15,874 bases of DNA from Candidatus Hydrogenedentota bacterium (GCA_029974275.1 JARKSN010000209.1:1-15874); one strand, 5' to 3'. Positions 1-8,531 are shown, counted from the stretch's first letter. The notes: a model not told the origin generated them from the letters alone. Numbers and translations are program-made.

Positions 1-2
1 TG

Positions 3-368
3 ATGTCTGATTGTGTGCGTTCGGCCGCCGCCGCCCAAGCCGAAAAACGAGTGGAATCCTGGGGCAGCCTGGAATGGATCGCCAGCAAGCAGATAGGGAA
101 TGCCAAGGGGCTTACGTTGGGACGCGTCATCATCAAGCCGGGCCAATGCAATCCCCGCCATCGCCATAACGCATGCGAAGAGATTCTTTATCTGCTCGCC
201 GGCACGCTCGAACACAGTGTCGGAGAACAAACGATCGTTTTGCGCGCCGGCGACACCTTGACGGCTCCGGCGGGCGTTTTCCACAACGCCGTCAACATCG
301 GCGATGTCGACGCGGACATGATCGTGGCGTACGACTCGGGCGCGCGCGATTTTGAACTGGAAACGTAA
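3..368 (+). CDS. Cupin-domain protein (cupin_2-like)
   Basis: Cupin motif 1 PGQCNPRHRHNACEEILYLLAG (H-x-H...E) and motif 2 PAGVFHNAVN. The window begins TGATG, consistent with overlap with an upstream stop codon. Confidence 0.85.
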   Translation: MSDCVRSAAAAQAEKRVESWGSLEWIASKQIGNAKGLTLGRVIIKPGQCNPRHRHNACEEILYLLAGTLEHSVGEQTIVLRAGDTLTAPAGVFHNAVNIGDVDADMIVAYDSGARDFELET

Positions 369-370
369 CC

Positions 371-1138
371 ATGCCCTATACGATCGATAACCTTACGGTC
401 AGTCCGTGTTCGAATCCGGACATGACCCTGGAGGACGCGCTTGCCGCCTATGCGGCCATTGGCTATCGCGCGTTCGAGGCATTCACGGGATGGGCGAAAT
501 CGGCCCTTGACATCGAGCGCGACCCCGCCGAAAGCCGGGCGCTTGCCTTGCGGCATCGAATGCGGTTCGCGTCGATGCATCTGCCGCCCATCGAAGACGA
601 CGCGGAGGCGTCCGCGGACCGGGCTGTGCGCGCGACCGCGTTCGCAAAGGCGCTGGGCGTTGGCGTGGTCATCTACAAGGCGACGAGCCGCCCAAACTAC
701 ATCAACGGATCGGCCCGATATCTTGCCGGCATCGAAGGGCTTGGCGTCACTCCCGTGCTGCAGAACCACGCGGGCTCGCCGATCTCCACCTTGGCGGATT
801 ACCGCGACGTGATTGAAGGCATCGGCGATCCGCGCATGAAAACCTTGTTGGAAGTCGGCCACTTCCACACGATGGGGGTTTCGTGGCGGGAAGGATGCGA
901 TTTCCTTGGCGACAGCATCGCCCTTGTGCACGTGAAAGACCAGATCGGCCCGCAGTCGGTCCCGTTCGGAACCGGCGAGATCGATCTCGCCGCGCTGTTC
1001 GCGCATATGGACGCCGCAGGGTATGCAGGCGATTTCGTCATCGAAATGGAAGTAAAGGACACGGAGAACACGTTGCGCTATCTGGCCGACGCGCTGGAGT
1101 TTTTGAAGTGGAACTGTCTGGAGCCTCGTCATGAGTGA
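371..1138 (+). CDS. Sugar phosphate isomerase/epimerase family TIM-barrel protein (AP_endonuc_2, xylose isomerase-like)
   Basis: Motifs TLEDALAAYAAIGYRAFE, LQNH, LEVGHF, LVHVKD, VPFGTGEIDL and GYAGDFVIEME. Starts 2 nt after the cupin stop. Confidence 0.88.
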   Translation: MPYTIDNLTVSPCSNPDMTLEDALAAYAAIGYRAFEAFTGWAKSALDIERDPAESRALALRHRMRFASMHLPPIEDDAEASADRAVRATAFAKALGVGVVIYKATSRPNYINGSARYLAGIEGLGVTPVLQNHAGSPISTLADYRDVIEGIGDPRMKTLLEVGHFHTMGVSWREGCDFLGDSIALVHVKDQIGPQSVPFGTGEIDLAALFAHMDAAGYAGDFVIEMEVKDTENTLRYLADALEFLKWNCLEPRHE

Positions 1139-2108
1139 GCCTCGTTTGTGCATCGTCGGGGCGGGCAGCCTGTCGACGCGCCGCATTTATCCCTACATCG
1201 GCGCGGCGGGCGCGCAACTCGTCGGCGTGTGCGATTTGGATGCCGGGAAGGCCGCCCGCAATGCGCGTTTGTGGGGCGGAACGCCCTACGGCAATGTCGA
1301 CACGATGCTCGACGCCGAACGCCCCGATGGCGTGATCGTCTGCGTCGGCCCCGCGCAGCACGCGCAACTCGCGCCGGCGATCATGCGCAGGGGAATCCCG
1401 GTTTACACCGAGAAGCCGCCCGCGTTGACGGCGGACGAAGCGCTCCGCGTCGCGCGCGTTTCGAAAGAGACGGGCGTCCTCTGCACGACCGCATTCAAAA
1501 AACGCTATGCCACGGCTTACAGCCGCGCGAAGGAATGGCTGGCAACGTTCGATCCGAAGGATTTGTATTCCATATCCATCGATTACGCGTCCGCGCAATA
1601 CCCGAATGCCGACGAGGCCTCGTCGTTTTTGCTCGATTTTGCAATACATGCCATCGATCTGATCGGGCATCTTTTTGGCGACGTCGCGGAAGTCTTTTGC
1701 TTCAACAAAGGCATGGACGCGTACGCCGTCAGCTTGCGCTTCGCCAACGGCGCGACGGGATCGATGAACTTGACCGACGGACGATCTTTTGGCGTGCCGA
1801 CCGAAGAGGTCGAGATCACCGTGCGCGGCGGCAACTTCATGACGATCCACAATTCGTCCGCGTGGCGCATCACGGAAAATGGCGCGCCTGCCGAATGGCG
1901 AGAGCCGCCGACCTTTGTCAGCGGCGGCGACAGCGGCAACGACACGGGCCACCTCGCGGAGATCGTCGATTTTCTCGCCGCCATCCGTGAAGGGCGCAGC
2001 ACCCGATCGAACATCTACGAGAGCTACAAATCCATGCTGCTCTACGAGGCGATCAAGACTTCCGCCGCACAAGGCGCGGCGATACGCATCGCATACGAGG
2101 CCGTCTGA
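1131..2108 (+). CDS. Gfo/Idh/MocA family NAD(P)-dependent oxidoreductase
   Basis: Rossmann IVGAG, family motif VYTEKP and catalytic LLDFAIHAID (D-x3-H). Overlaps the upstream gene by 8 nt. Confidence 0.92.
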   Translation: MSEPRLCIVGAGSLSTRRIYPYIGAAGAQLVGVCDLDAGKAARNARLWGGTPYGNVDTMLDAERPDGVIVCVGPAQHAQLAPAIMRRGIPVYTEKPPALTADEALRVARVSKETGVLCTTAFKKRYATAYSRAKEWLATFDPKDLYSISIDYASAQYPNADEASSFLLDFAIHAIDLIGHLFGDVAEVFCFNKGMDAYAVSLRFANGATGSMNLTDGRSFGVPTEEVEITVRGGNFMTIHNSSAWRITENGAPAEWREPPTFVSGGDSGNDTGHLAEIVDFLAAIREGRSTRSNIYESYKSMLLYEAIKTSAAQGAAIRIAYEAV

Positions 2109-2234
2109 CGCTTTGGCTGGCGCCCGATTTTCGGAGGGGGAAGCCTCCAGGGACGGAAAGGGCGCGCATTGGCAGAACCACAAACGCTTCACGGTTGAAG
2201 CACTATGCCTGGACGCGAGACGCCGCCTCTTCGT

Positions 2235-4139
2235 TCACTCCTTACGCCGCGGATCGACCGAAAACGCCACGCCCGCCGGAGGCGCTTGACTAAAGGGGCC
2301 TGCTTCGAATAGGCCGGATCGCCGCGCGCGCCCAAAGAAATCGGCCGTCAGCACGTCTTTGGCCGGAGCGGCGCCGGGCAAGATTTCGGGGAGATCGGGA
2401 AACGTGGCCGGCAGCGCGACGCTCGAGGTCATCGTAAGCAGGAGCTTTTCGCGATCGAACTCCACGGCGATCTCGGCCGTCTTGGAATGCGTATCTTGCC
2501 CCTTGGCCTGCCATGCGGCGAGGTCCATCTCCTCGGGCTTGACATCGAACTCCCCTTCGCGGAACGGCAAAGACCCTTTTGCGACGTCGATGACGTTGAA
2601 GTCGGAGCATGTCGTCGCGTTGGGCCTGAAGACGGCCACGGGGTATCCCGTCAGGACATTGCCGTACGCGCGGTGGTGGTTCTGGAAGGGCGGGTTGAGG
2701 CGCATGGGATTGCCGGGGTTGAAGTGAATGGCCGATCCGGAACCATGGACGATCAGGTTCTGCATGACCATGAGTCGCTCGGCGTCGTGTTGATAGACTC
2801 CGTTGCTGGCCGAGTTGATGACGATGTTGTTGTCCACCAGGTTGATTTCCTTTGTGATCTCCACAAAGATGGCGCCCAGGTGATCGCCGCCCGTGTTGGC
2901 GACCAGGTTTTGCGTAATCCGCGAGTTGAGGATTTCGCCGTCAAGCCAGATGCCGGGGCCGTGAGGCGTGTCCAGCACGGCGTTGCGGCGCACCAACGAG
3001 TGCTCCGTCCGGTGAATCTTGATGCCGGCCGACTCATAGTGTTGCATGATGGGCATCGTGGCGCACCGGACGATGAGATTGTCTTCCACGAGCATGTGGA
3101 CATTGCCCATGTTATGCCATGCCGATATCGACGAGACGCCGCAGTCGTGGATGTAGTTTCGACGCACAACGTGATAGCCCTGCGCCTCGCCGACGCCCAG
3201 CGACCACCACTGCCCGCCGAGATCGACGCCCAAGGTGTTGGCGTGGCCGATCTCGCAGTCTTCGATGATCCAGTGATGCCCGCGCATGGCGCTGACCAGG
3301 CCGCGTTGCGGCGGCGGAATCGGCACGCCGTTTCCGCTGTGGAACATCTTGAGGCCCTTGATGCGGATATAGTTCAAGTACGGCGTGACAGGGGCAAAGA
3401 CTTGTTCCCGCGTGGTGATCTCGATCATGCGCCCGGAGGGCTCGGCATCGTTGGGCAGGCGGACATGAACGCGCATGCCGTTGTCCTCCACCCAAAAACG
3501 GCCGGGCGCGGCGGCAAGCGCGCCGAACTCGCCCACCTGTTCGAGCGGCGATCCGTCCACAAAGATCTGCCCGCGCCTCCATTCGAACGAGGGATAAAAC
3601 TTCCAATCGGTCTGATTGGTCTGCGAAGGGAAATTCGGCAAGGCGAAAACATTGGCCCCTTCGAACATGCGCGACGTCAGATCGGCCTCCCACGTCGTCA
3701 CGGAGCCCAAAGTCATGTACTGCGTCTTGCGCCATGCGGGCGTCCAGACGTCGGATCCCTTCAAGACGACTTCTTCGCCAGGCGCGGCCTCGTAGGAAAT
3801 CATGGCGTCGGGACCGGCGCCGCCGCGGACCGGCTTCACCCATTCGCGGTAGACGCCCGCGTGGATGACGACGCGATCGCCGGGCTGCAACTCCTGAGCC
3901 GCGCGCGCGATGGTCTTCCAGGGACGGCGCTCGGAACCTTTGTTCGCATCGGAGGCATGGCGCGCGTTCTGCGCCACATGAAACGTTCGCTTGAAGGCGA
4001 GCGGCTTCTCCCAGGTGTCGAACACCGAGCCGTCGGGCAGCTTGGCCGTCTCAAAGTCGGCCGCGTTGACGCTCCACGCCGCCACAAGGCACCCAAGCGC
4101 CGCAAGCCCCCGTCGCGTCCAATCCCCTACGTATCGCAT
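2235..4139 (-). CDS. Secreted right-handed parallel beta-helix protein (DUF1565/GH120-like N-terminus; putative carbohydrate-active enzyme)
   Basis: ATG at 4139 follows a strong SD (AAGGAGGGAGG). Signal peptide MRYVGDWTRRGLAALGCLVAAWSVNA, then GSERRPWKTIARAAQELQPGDRVVIHAGVYRE and Asn/Ile-rich beta-helix turns (IIEDCEI, VVRRNYIHD, LVEDNLI, ITQNLV, LVDNNIV). Confidence 0.82.
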   Translation of the reverse strand: MRYVGDWTRRGLAALGCLVAAWSVNAADFETAKLPDGSVFDTWEKPLAFKRTFHVAQNARHASDANKGSERRPWKTIARAAQELQPGDRVVIHAGVYREWVKPVRGGAGPDAMISYEAAPGEEVVLKGSDVWTPAWRKTQYMTLGSVTTWEADLTSRMFEGANVFALPNFPSQTNQTDWKFYPSFEWRRGQIFVDGSPLEQVGEFGALAAAPGRFWVEDNGMRVHVRLPNDAEPSGRMIEITTREQVFAPVTPYLNYIRIKGLKMFHSGNGVPIPPPQRGLVSAMRGHHWIIEDCEIGHANTLGVDLGGQWWSLGVGEAQGYHVVRRNYIHDCGVSSISAWHNMGNVHMLVEDNLIVRCATMPIMQHYESAGIKIHRTEHSLVRRNAVLDTPHGPGIWLDGEILNSRITQNLVANTGGDHLGAIFVEITKEINLVDNNIVINSASNGVYQHDAERLMVMQNLIVHGSGSAIHFNPGNPMRLNPPFQNHHRAYGNVLTGYPVAVFRPNATTCSDFNVIDVAKGSLPFREGEFDVKPEEMDLAAWQAKGQDTHSKTAEIAVEFDREKLLLTMTSSVALPATFPDLPEILPGAAPAKDVLTADFFGRARRSGLFEAGPFSQAPPAGVAFSVDPRRKE

Positions 4140-4294
4140 GTCGCCTCCCTCCTTCCGGATTGCGTCCCCGCGCCGCCGAGGTCGCCGCCTCCGCCCAAAC
4201 CGTGTGTCGATGCAACATCCTTGCGCCGGGAACCCAAACACATAGCGGTCAGATCGCGAGTCGGAAAACGCTGGGCCGCGCAACGTTCCGAAGA

Positions 4295-5974
4295 CTATTG
4301 GGATCGCGCCGCCCGCCGTCGCGTCAACCATCCTGCCAGCAAGAGCGCCAGCGCGCACGGAACGGTTTGCAGCGGCATCGAAACGGGGCTTGCCGCGTCG
4401 TACGGATCGGTCCCTAGAGATTGTTCCGTGCGATCGGAGCGTCCATCGCCATCGGAATCCAGGTCAAGGTAGTTGGGAACGCCGTCGCCGTCGATGTCTT
4501 CCGCGCCTTCAATTATGTCGAGAATGCCGTCGTAGTCGCTATCGGGGTTGGGGGCTCCGGCGAAATACACGCCCGTCTTGAACTTGAACAGGTCGCCTGT
4601 GCCGCCGGGGAGATCGATCGTCAAGCGGTATTGGACGCCGCCGAGATGCTCCAGCGGCACGTCTTCGACTTCGCCAGTGAGTCGACTGAGGCGTTGCAGC
4701 GCCGTGATGCCGGAGCTGCCGAAATCGAAGGTCATTTGAATGCGCTGGGCCGTTTGGTCGGCGGTCGCCGTCGGCGAACTCAGGCTATTGAGGACCATGA
4801 AATGGGGTTCATCGGGATAGCTGGGATGCGAGAACGACGGGTCCAGGGGCTTGAACATTCCAAGAATGACACTGCCGGGGTTGCCGTTGTTTTCTGTGCC
4901 GAGGTTTGTGGCGGTGATGGCCGTGATATACGGACATGAACCGACTTGCCATTCCGCGCAGTCTGTTGGCAGTGGAATCTTACTGCCGTTTGGACGTTGG
5001 CCCAAGACGAACCGCACATCGGCGCTCAGTAAATGCGTGAGGGCCGGGCCAAGGTTCAGTGCCTGCCTATTCGTCTCCGCCATCAGCGGAAAGAGCGCTG
5101 TGGGCGAGGTATCGCCGAGCCCGTCGAACAAGATAGGATTCAAGTCCGTCGCATTGGGTGAGTTATAGAAGAAGGCCGTCAGGTAGGTGAAACCAAAAGC
5201 AAGCCCTGAGAACACGTCGAGGCGCAGTTCAGACTCTGACACCGTATGGTTCTGGATCAGCTGATTGCCTCCCCATGTTTGCAGGTATTTGCCATAGGGA
5301 ATGGGGTGTGCGCCAGTCCCGTCGTTGCCTCGCAAGGCGCGAAGGCGCTCCTTGGCCATCGCCGCGTAGAGGAGTGTTGGACTACCGCCATGCACAAAGA
5401 ATTCAAGCCCATTGAAACAATACAGGTCAAACATCAGCAGATCCGGCTGTGCCGTCGACATATAATGCTGAAACTGGGCATCCGTCCAGGGTGCGCCATT
5501 TTGGTTTGTGAACGACAGCGTATTGGGATACTGTGCCCGCCAAGAGGTGAGGAAATTCGTTGCGGTTTGTAGGTTTGTCGGATCGGTAAGATCTTGCTCG
5601 TCCCCGTATTGCAGGCTCACGAGATTGTCGACATAGGGCAATTGATCAGTTGCCAGACCTCCCCACCCTGCTCGGCCCCATGGGATGCCGGGAACCGGCC
5701 CAAAAGTCGATGCAGCATCAAAGGTTTCGCCAATAGCGATTGCGGCCGTGAAGTTCGATTGTGCCCAGGTATCGCGATTGAATGACGGCATCTGAGCAGG
5801 GAAGAACCAGGCATTAATTTGCAGCCCTCGGTCGAGCAGGATTCTATGGCCGCGCCCGAGTTCTGCCGCGCAGGCGGAATTGGCGCCCGAAATGGTCAGT
5901 AAGCAGGCAAAAATAAGCAGTAAACAAAAGGGCTTTGTGCAGACGACGTGTGGTTTTGCGACGACGTGAAACAT
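4295..5974 (-). CDS. Secreted/surface-anchored hypothetical protein: possible glycoside hydrolase-like domain, thrombospondin type 3-like DxDxDG repeats and C-terminal sorting-like tail
   Basis: ATG at 5974 follows GGAGG. Hydrophobic signal peptide ending ...SACA. Repeats DSDYDG, DIDGDG and DSDGDG. C-terminus MPLQTVPCALALLLAGWLTRRRAARSQ. Catalytic function is inference only. Confidence 0.72.
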   Translation of the reverse strand: MFHVVAKPHVVCTKPFCLLLIFACLLTISGANSACAAELGRGHRILLDRGLQINAWFFPAQMPSFNRDTWAQSNFTAAIAIGETFDAASTFGPVPGIPWGRAGWGGLATDQLPYVDNLVSLQYGDEQDLTDPTNLQTATNFLTSWRAQYPNTLSFTNQNGAPWTDAQFQHYMSTAQPDLLMFDLYCFNGLEFFVHGGSPTLLYAAMAKERLRALRGNDGTGAHPIPYGKYLQTWGGNQLIQNHTVSESELRLDVFSGLAFGFTYLTAFFYNSPNATDLNPILFDGLGDTSPTALFPLMAETNRQALNLGPALTHLLSADVRFVLGQRPNGSKIPLPTDCAEWQVGSCPYITAITATNLGTENNGNPGSVILGMFKPLDPSFSHPSYPDEPHFMVLNSLSSPTATADQTAQRIQMTFDFGSSGITALQRLSRLTGEVEDVPLEHLGGVQYRLTIDLPGGTGDLFKFKTGVYFAGAPNPDSDYDGILDIIEGAEDIDGDGVPNYLDLDSDGDGRSDRTEQSLGTDPYDAASPVSMPLQTVPCALALLLAGWLTRRRAARSQ

Positions 5975-6014
5975 GTTCCCTCCGGATGGATTGCTATTTC
6001 GCAATGCAAGTGGG

Positions 6015-6027
6015 TGTCATTATGACA
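6015..6027. promoter_or_regulatory. Perfect palindrome TGTCAT-T-ATGACA, candidate operator in the leader of the 4295-5974 gene
   Basis: 6-bp perfect inverted repeat between the predicted promoter (6072-6100) and the RBS. Regulator unknown. Confidence 0.35.
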
Positions 6028-6071
6028 TGCGCTATGTGAAATGCCCTAAAATCTCTGTAGGACGCCTTCTT

Positions 6072-6100
6072 AGTCTAGGCGGAGTCGTGGGTTTTGTCAA
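6072..6100 (-). promoter_or_regulatory. Sigma70-type promoter TTGACA-N17-TAGACT
   Basis: Consensus -35 at 6100-6095, 17-nt spacer, -10 at 6077-6072; about 100 nt upstream of the ATG at 5974. Confidence 0.6.
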
Positions 6101-6128
6101 TTGCGAATGTGCAACAATGCTGTAAGAT
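6101..6128 (+). promoter_or_regulatory. Sigma70-type promoter TTGCGA-N16-TAAGAT for the GH42 gene
   Basis: -35 at 6101-6106, directly abutting the divergent -35; -10 at 6123-6128; 42 nt upstream of the ATG. Confidence 0.45.
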
Positions 6129-6170
6129 GTCGGCAGTTTGTGTGTTGCGCGATGAGGAAGGAGTCGAGTC

Positions 6171-8318
6171 ATGAGCGTTTTGCCATTCATGCTGTTTGGG
6201 GCGCAGTACTATCGGGCGCCGACGCCGTTGCGCGAGGATTGGGCGCGTGATATGCAGCAGTTCAAGGAGCACGGGTTCAACACCTTGAAGTTCTGGGCGC
6301 AGTGGCGCTGGAACAACCCGCGGGAAGGGGCGTTTGTCTTCGACGATCTGGACGAGTTGATGGATCTCGCGGCGAAGAGCGGCCTCAAGGTCATCATCAA
6401 TGTCCTGTTCGATTGCGCGCCGGCGTGGCTGTTTCGGAAGGACTACGATGTGCGCATGCTGACGGCGGATGGGCGTCGGCTGGGTCCGTGGGCGAGCCCT
6501 TCGCGGCAGACTGGCGGCGCGCCGGGGCCGTGTTTGAATCATCCCGAAGCGCGCCAGTATCGCCTGGCGTTTCTTGCCGCGACGGTGGCGCGCTATGCGG
6601 ATCATCCGGCGTTGCTTGTCTGGGATACGTGGAACGAGCCCGAACTCAACGGCAGCGTGATGAGGACGCCGCGCATCGAGGATATGCTCTGCCACTGCGA
6701 GCATTGCCGTCGCGCCTTGATACAATGGCTTCTCACGCGGCATGGCTCCCTCGATGCCATCAATCGGCGTTGGGCGCGAAACTACCAACGGATCGACGAA
6801 CTCGAATTGCCGGTCTGCCCCGGCGCCTACCTGGACTTCGTCGATTTTCGCCAGTTCCAGACGCATGTCATAACCGAAGAACAGCGCCGGCGTTATGAAA
6901 TCGCCAAGGAACACGACCGCGTCCACCCGGTGATGTGTCACACGGTGCCCATGCCGTTGCTGAACCCGGTGACGTGTTGCGCGGATGAGTGGGCGTTGAC
7001 CCCCTGGAGCGATTGGGTGGGCAACACGGCCGGGTGCGTTCCCGAATCGGCCGATATCCTTTTTTCTTCCGGCAAGGGCCGCCCGGCTATCTGTTCTGAA
7101 ATTCATGCCTTGCCGGGCATTGGCCTCATGCGCCCCAAACCGCTCGACATGGCCGAGTGCAAGCGGTATATCTTCACGCCGTTGGCGCACGGCATCAAGG
7201 GCTTCGTTTTCTGGCAATACCGGCCCGAACGCCTCGGGGCCGAATCGCCCGCATGGGGATTGACCCGGCCCGATGGGTCCCCCACGCCTTGGCTCGAGCA
7301 CTTTGCGAAGCTGAATCGCGTGCTGCAGGAGGACGAGAATTTTTACCTGAACGCCCAACCGACCGGCCCAGAAGTCGGCCTTCTGTACGATCCGGCCAAC
7401 CACGTGCTTGCGTGGTGCGCGCAGGGCAGTTTCGAGATTCACGACGCGGCGGTATTCGGCGCCTATCGCGCGCTGTTCGAGGCGAATTTCCGCGTGCGTT
7501 TTGTGCGCCCCGAAGACCTGCCCGGCGAGAACGGATCCTTGAGCAACCTGCGAACGATTGTTTTCCCGTTTCCCTATGCACTCGAACGCGCCACCGCGGA
7601 AGGGCTGCGGAAATGGGTTGCAGACGGCGGCGGCTTGATTGGCGAGGCGTTTTTTGCGGATTTTGATCTCGGTTCCGGATTGCATAGCGTGATAACGCCC
7701 GGCCACAGCCTGTCGGAGGTCTTCGGCGCGGTCGAGGGGATTGGCATGCCGTATCACGCCGCGATCCACGTCCCCCCGCAGGCCCAAGATGTGGCGCCGG
7801 AGAGCCTGGGACCGAAAATGCGCACGACAAAGGACCTGCCGGGGCTTGCAACGGGGCACGCCGCGCACGGATACCTAACGCGCACGCCTCTGGCGCCGTC
7901 GACCGCCCAGGCGCTTGCCGCCTTCGACGACGGCGCGCCGGCGATCGCGGTCAACGCATTCGGTGCGGGCAAGGCCGTTCTTTGCGGAACGCTGCTGACG
8001 GCGGCGGCTTCGCGCGACGATGCCGCCCGGCGGCTGTTGCAGGCGCTTGTCGTCTCGCTGGACGATCGTTCCAGGCCGGCGTTTCATGGAGACGGGACGG
8101 TGCGAATTGACTTGTTGCAGCGTGGAGACGAAATCGCGCTGGCGATCCACAACCTTCGCGATGTTCCTGCGCGCGGTCGCGTGACGGTTCCGGGGATGTC
8201 TGCGACGGCGCCGTTGTGCGAAGTGGAGTCGGGGCGATCGCTAGCGCCATCCTCCGAGAGCGAGGGCTGGGAACTCGCACTCGATGGACACGCCGTGGAG
8301 ATGTTTCGCCTTACGTAG
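6171..8318 (+). CDS. Beta-galactosidase, glycoside hydrolase family 42-like, with trimerisation domain
   Basis: FGAQYY start, WNNPREGAFVFDDLD, acid/base motif WDTWNEP, Zn motif CHCEHC, likely nucleophile CSE, FVFWQYR, and C-terminal LRKWVADGGGLI and NAFGAGKAV. SD GAGGAAGGAG. Confidence 0.88.
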   Translation: MSVLPFMLFGAQYYRAPTPLREDWARDMQQFKEHGFNTLKFWAQWRWNNPREGAFVFDDLDELMDLAAKSGLKVIINVLFDCAPAWLFRKDYDVRMLTADGRRLGPWASPSRQTGGAPGPCLNHPEARQYRLAFLAATVARYADHPALLVWDTWNEPELNGSVMRTPRIEDMLCHCEHCRRALIQWLLTRHGSLDAINRRWARNYQRIDELELPVCPGAYLDFVDFRQFQTHVITEEQRRRYEIAKEHDRVHPVMCHTVPMPLLNPVTCCADEWALTPWSDWVGNTAGCVPESADILFSSGKGRPAICSEIHALPGIGLMRPKPLDMAECKRYIFTPLAHGIKGFVFWQYRPERLGAESPAWGLTRPDGSPTPWLEHFAKLNRVLQEDENFYLNAQPTGPEVGLLYDPANHVLAWCAQGSFEIHDAAVFGAYRALFEANFRVRFVRPEDLPGENGSLSNLRTIVFPFPYALERATAEGLRKWVADGGGLIGEAFFADFDLGSGLHSVITPGHSLSEVFGAVEGIGMPYHAAIHVPPQAQDVAPESLGPKMRTTKDLPGLATGHAAHGYLTRTPLAPSTAQALAAFDDGAPAIAVNAFGAGKAVLCGTLLTAAASRDDAARRLLQALVVSLDDRSRPAFHGDGTVRIDLLQRGDEIALAIHNLRDVPARGRVTVPGMSATAPLCEVESGRSLAPSSESEGWELALDGHAVEMFRLT

Positions 8319-8424
8319 CAGCCCGTTGCAAAAGTCACCGCGGCCTGTGCGAGGCCGCGTGGGCGCAGACTTTCCAGGATGCGGACAACCTCTTCGGATA
8401 CCGCATCTTGAGCGCAAGGGCTGC
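8318..8424. repeat. ~107-bp self-complementary element (MITE/REP-like or structured leader)
   Basis: Terminal inverted repeat GCAGCCCGTTGC (8318-8329) / GCAAGGGCTGC (8414-8424). Internal stems AAAGTC/GACTTT, CGCGGCCT/AGGCCGCG and CAGGATGCGG/CCGCATCTTG. Confidence 0.5.
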
Positions 8425-8531
8425 CGGTTGAACCCTTACACAAGGAAGCGATAGGATCGCGCCATCTTCGTCGCTTGTTTTGCCGGCGCGGGGCTGTTTT
8501 CCGAAAATCGAACTTCACGAGGAGATACGCT

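Noticed and set aside
2109..2234. Terminators between convergent genes (also 10062-10231)
   Set aside because: Only short hairpins (GGAGG/CCTCC, GCTTCA/TGAAGC, CGCTTT/AAAGCG) without U-tracts, as expected by chance at this GC content.
4140..4358. N-terminal extensions in the ORF track (starts at 4358, 6004, 8475, 11014, 11904, 12628, 13861)
   Set aside because: Downstream starts have SD sequences, stop/start overlaps or family-typical N-termini (4139, 5974, 8532, 10945, 11712, 12025, 13960).
8319..8531. Glycine or ZTP riboswitch upstream of glyA
   Set aside because: GGCGCAGACTTTCCAGG and GGACAACCTCT faintly echo glycine aptamers, but GGAGAG and CCGAAG are missing. The ZTP motifs GACTGGCG and GCCTGGG are absent.
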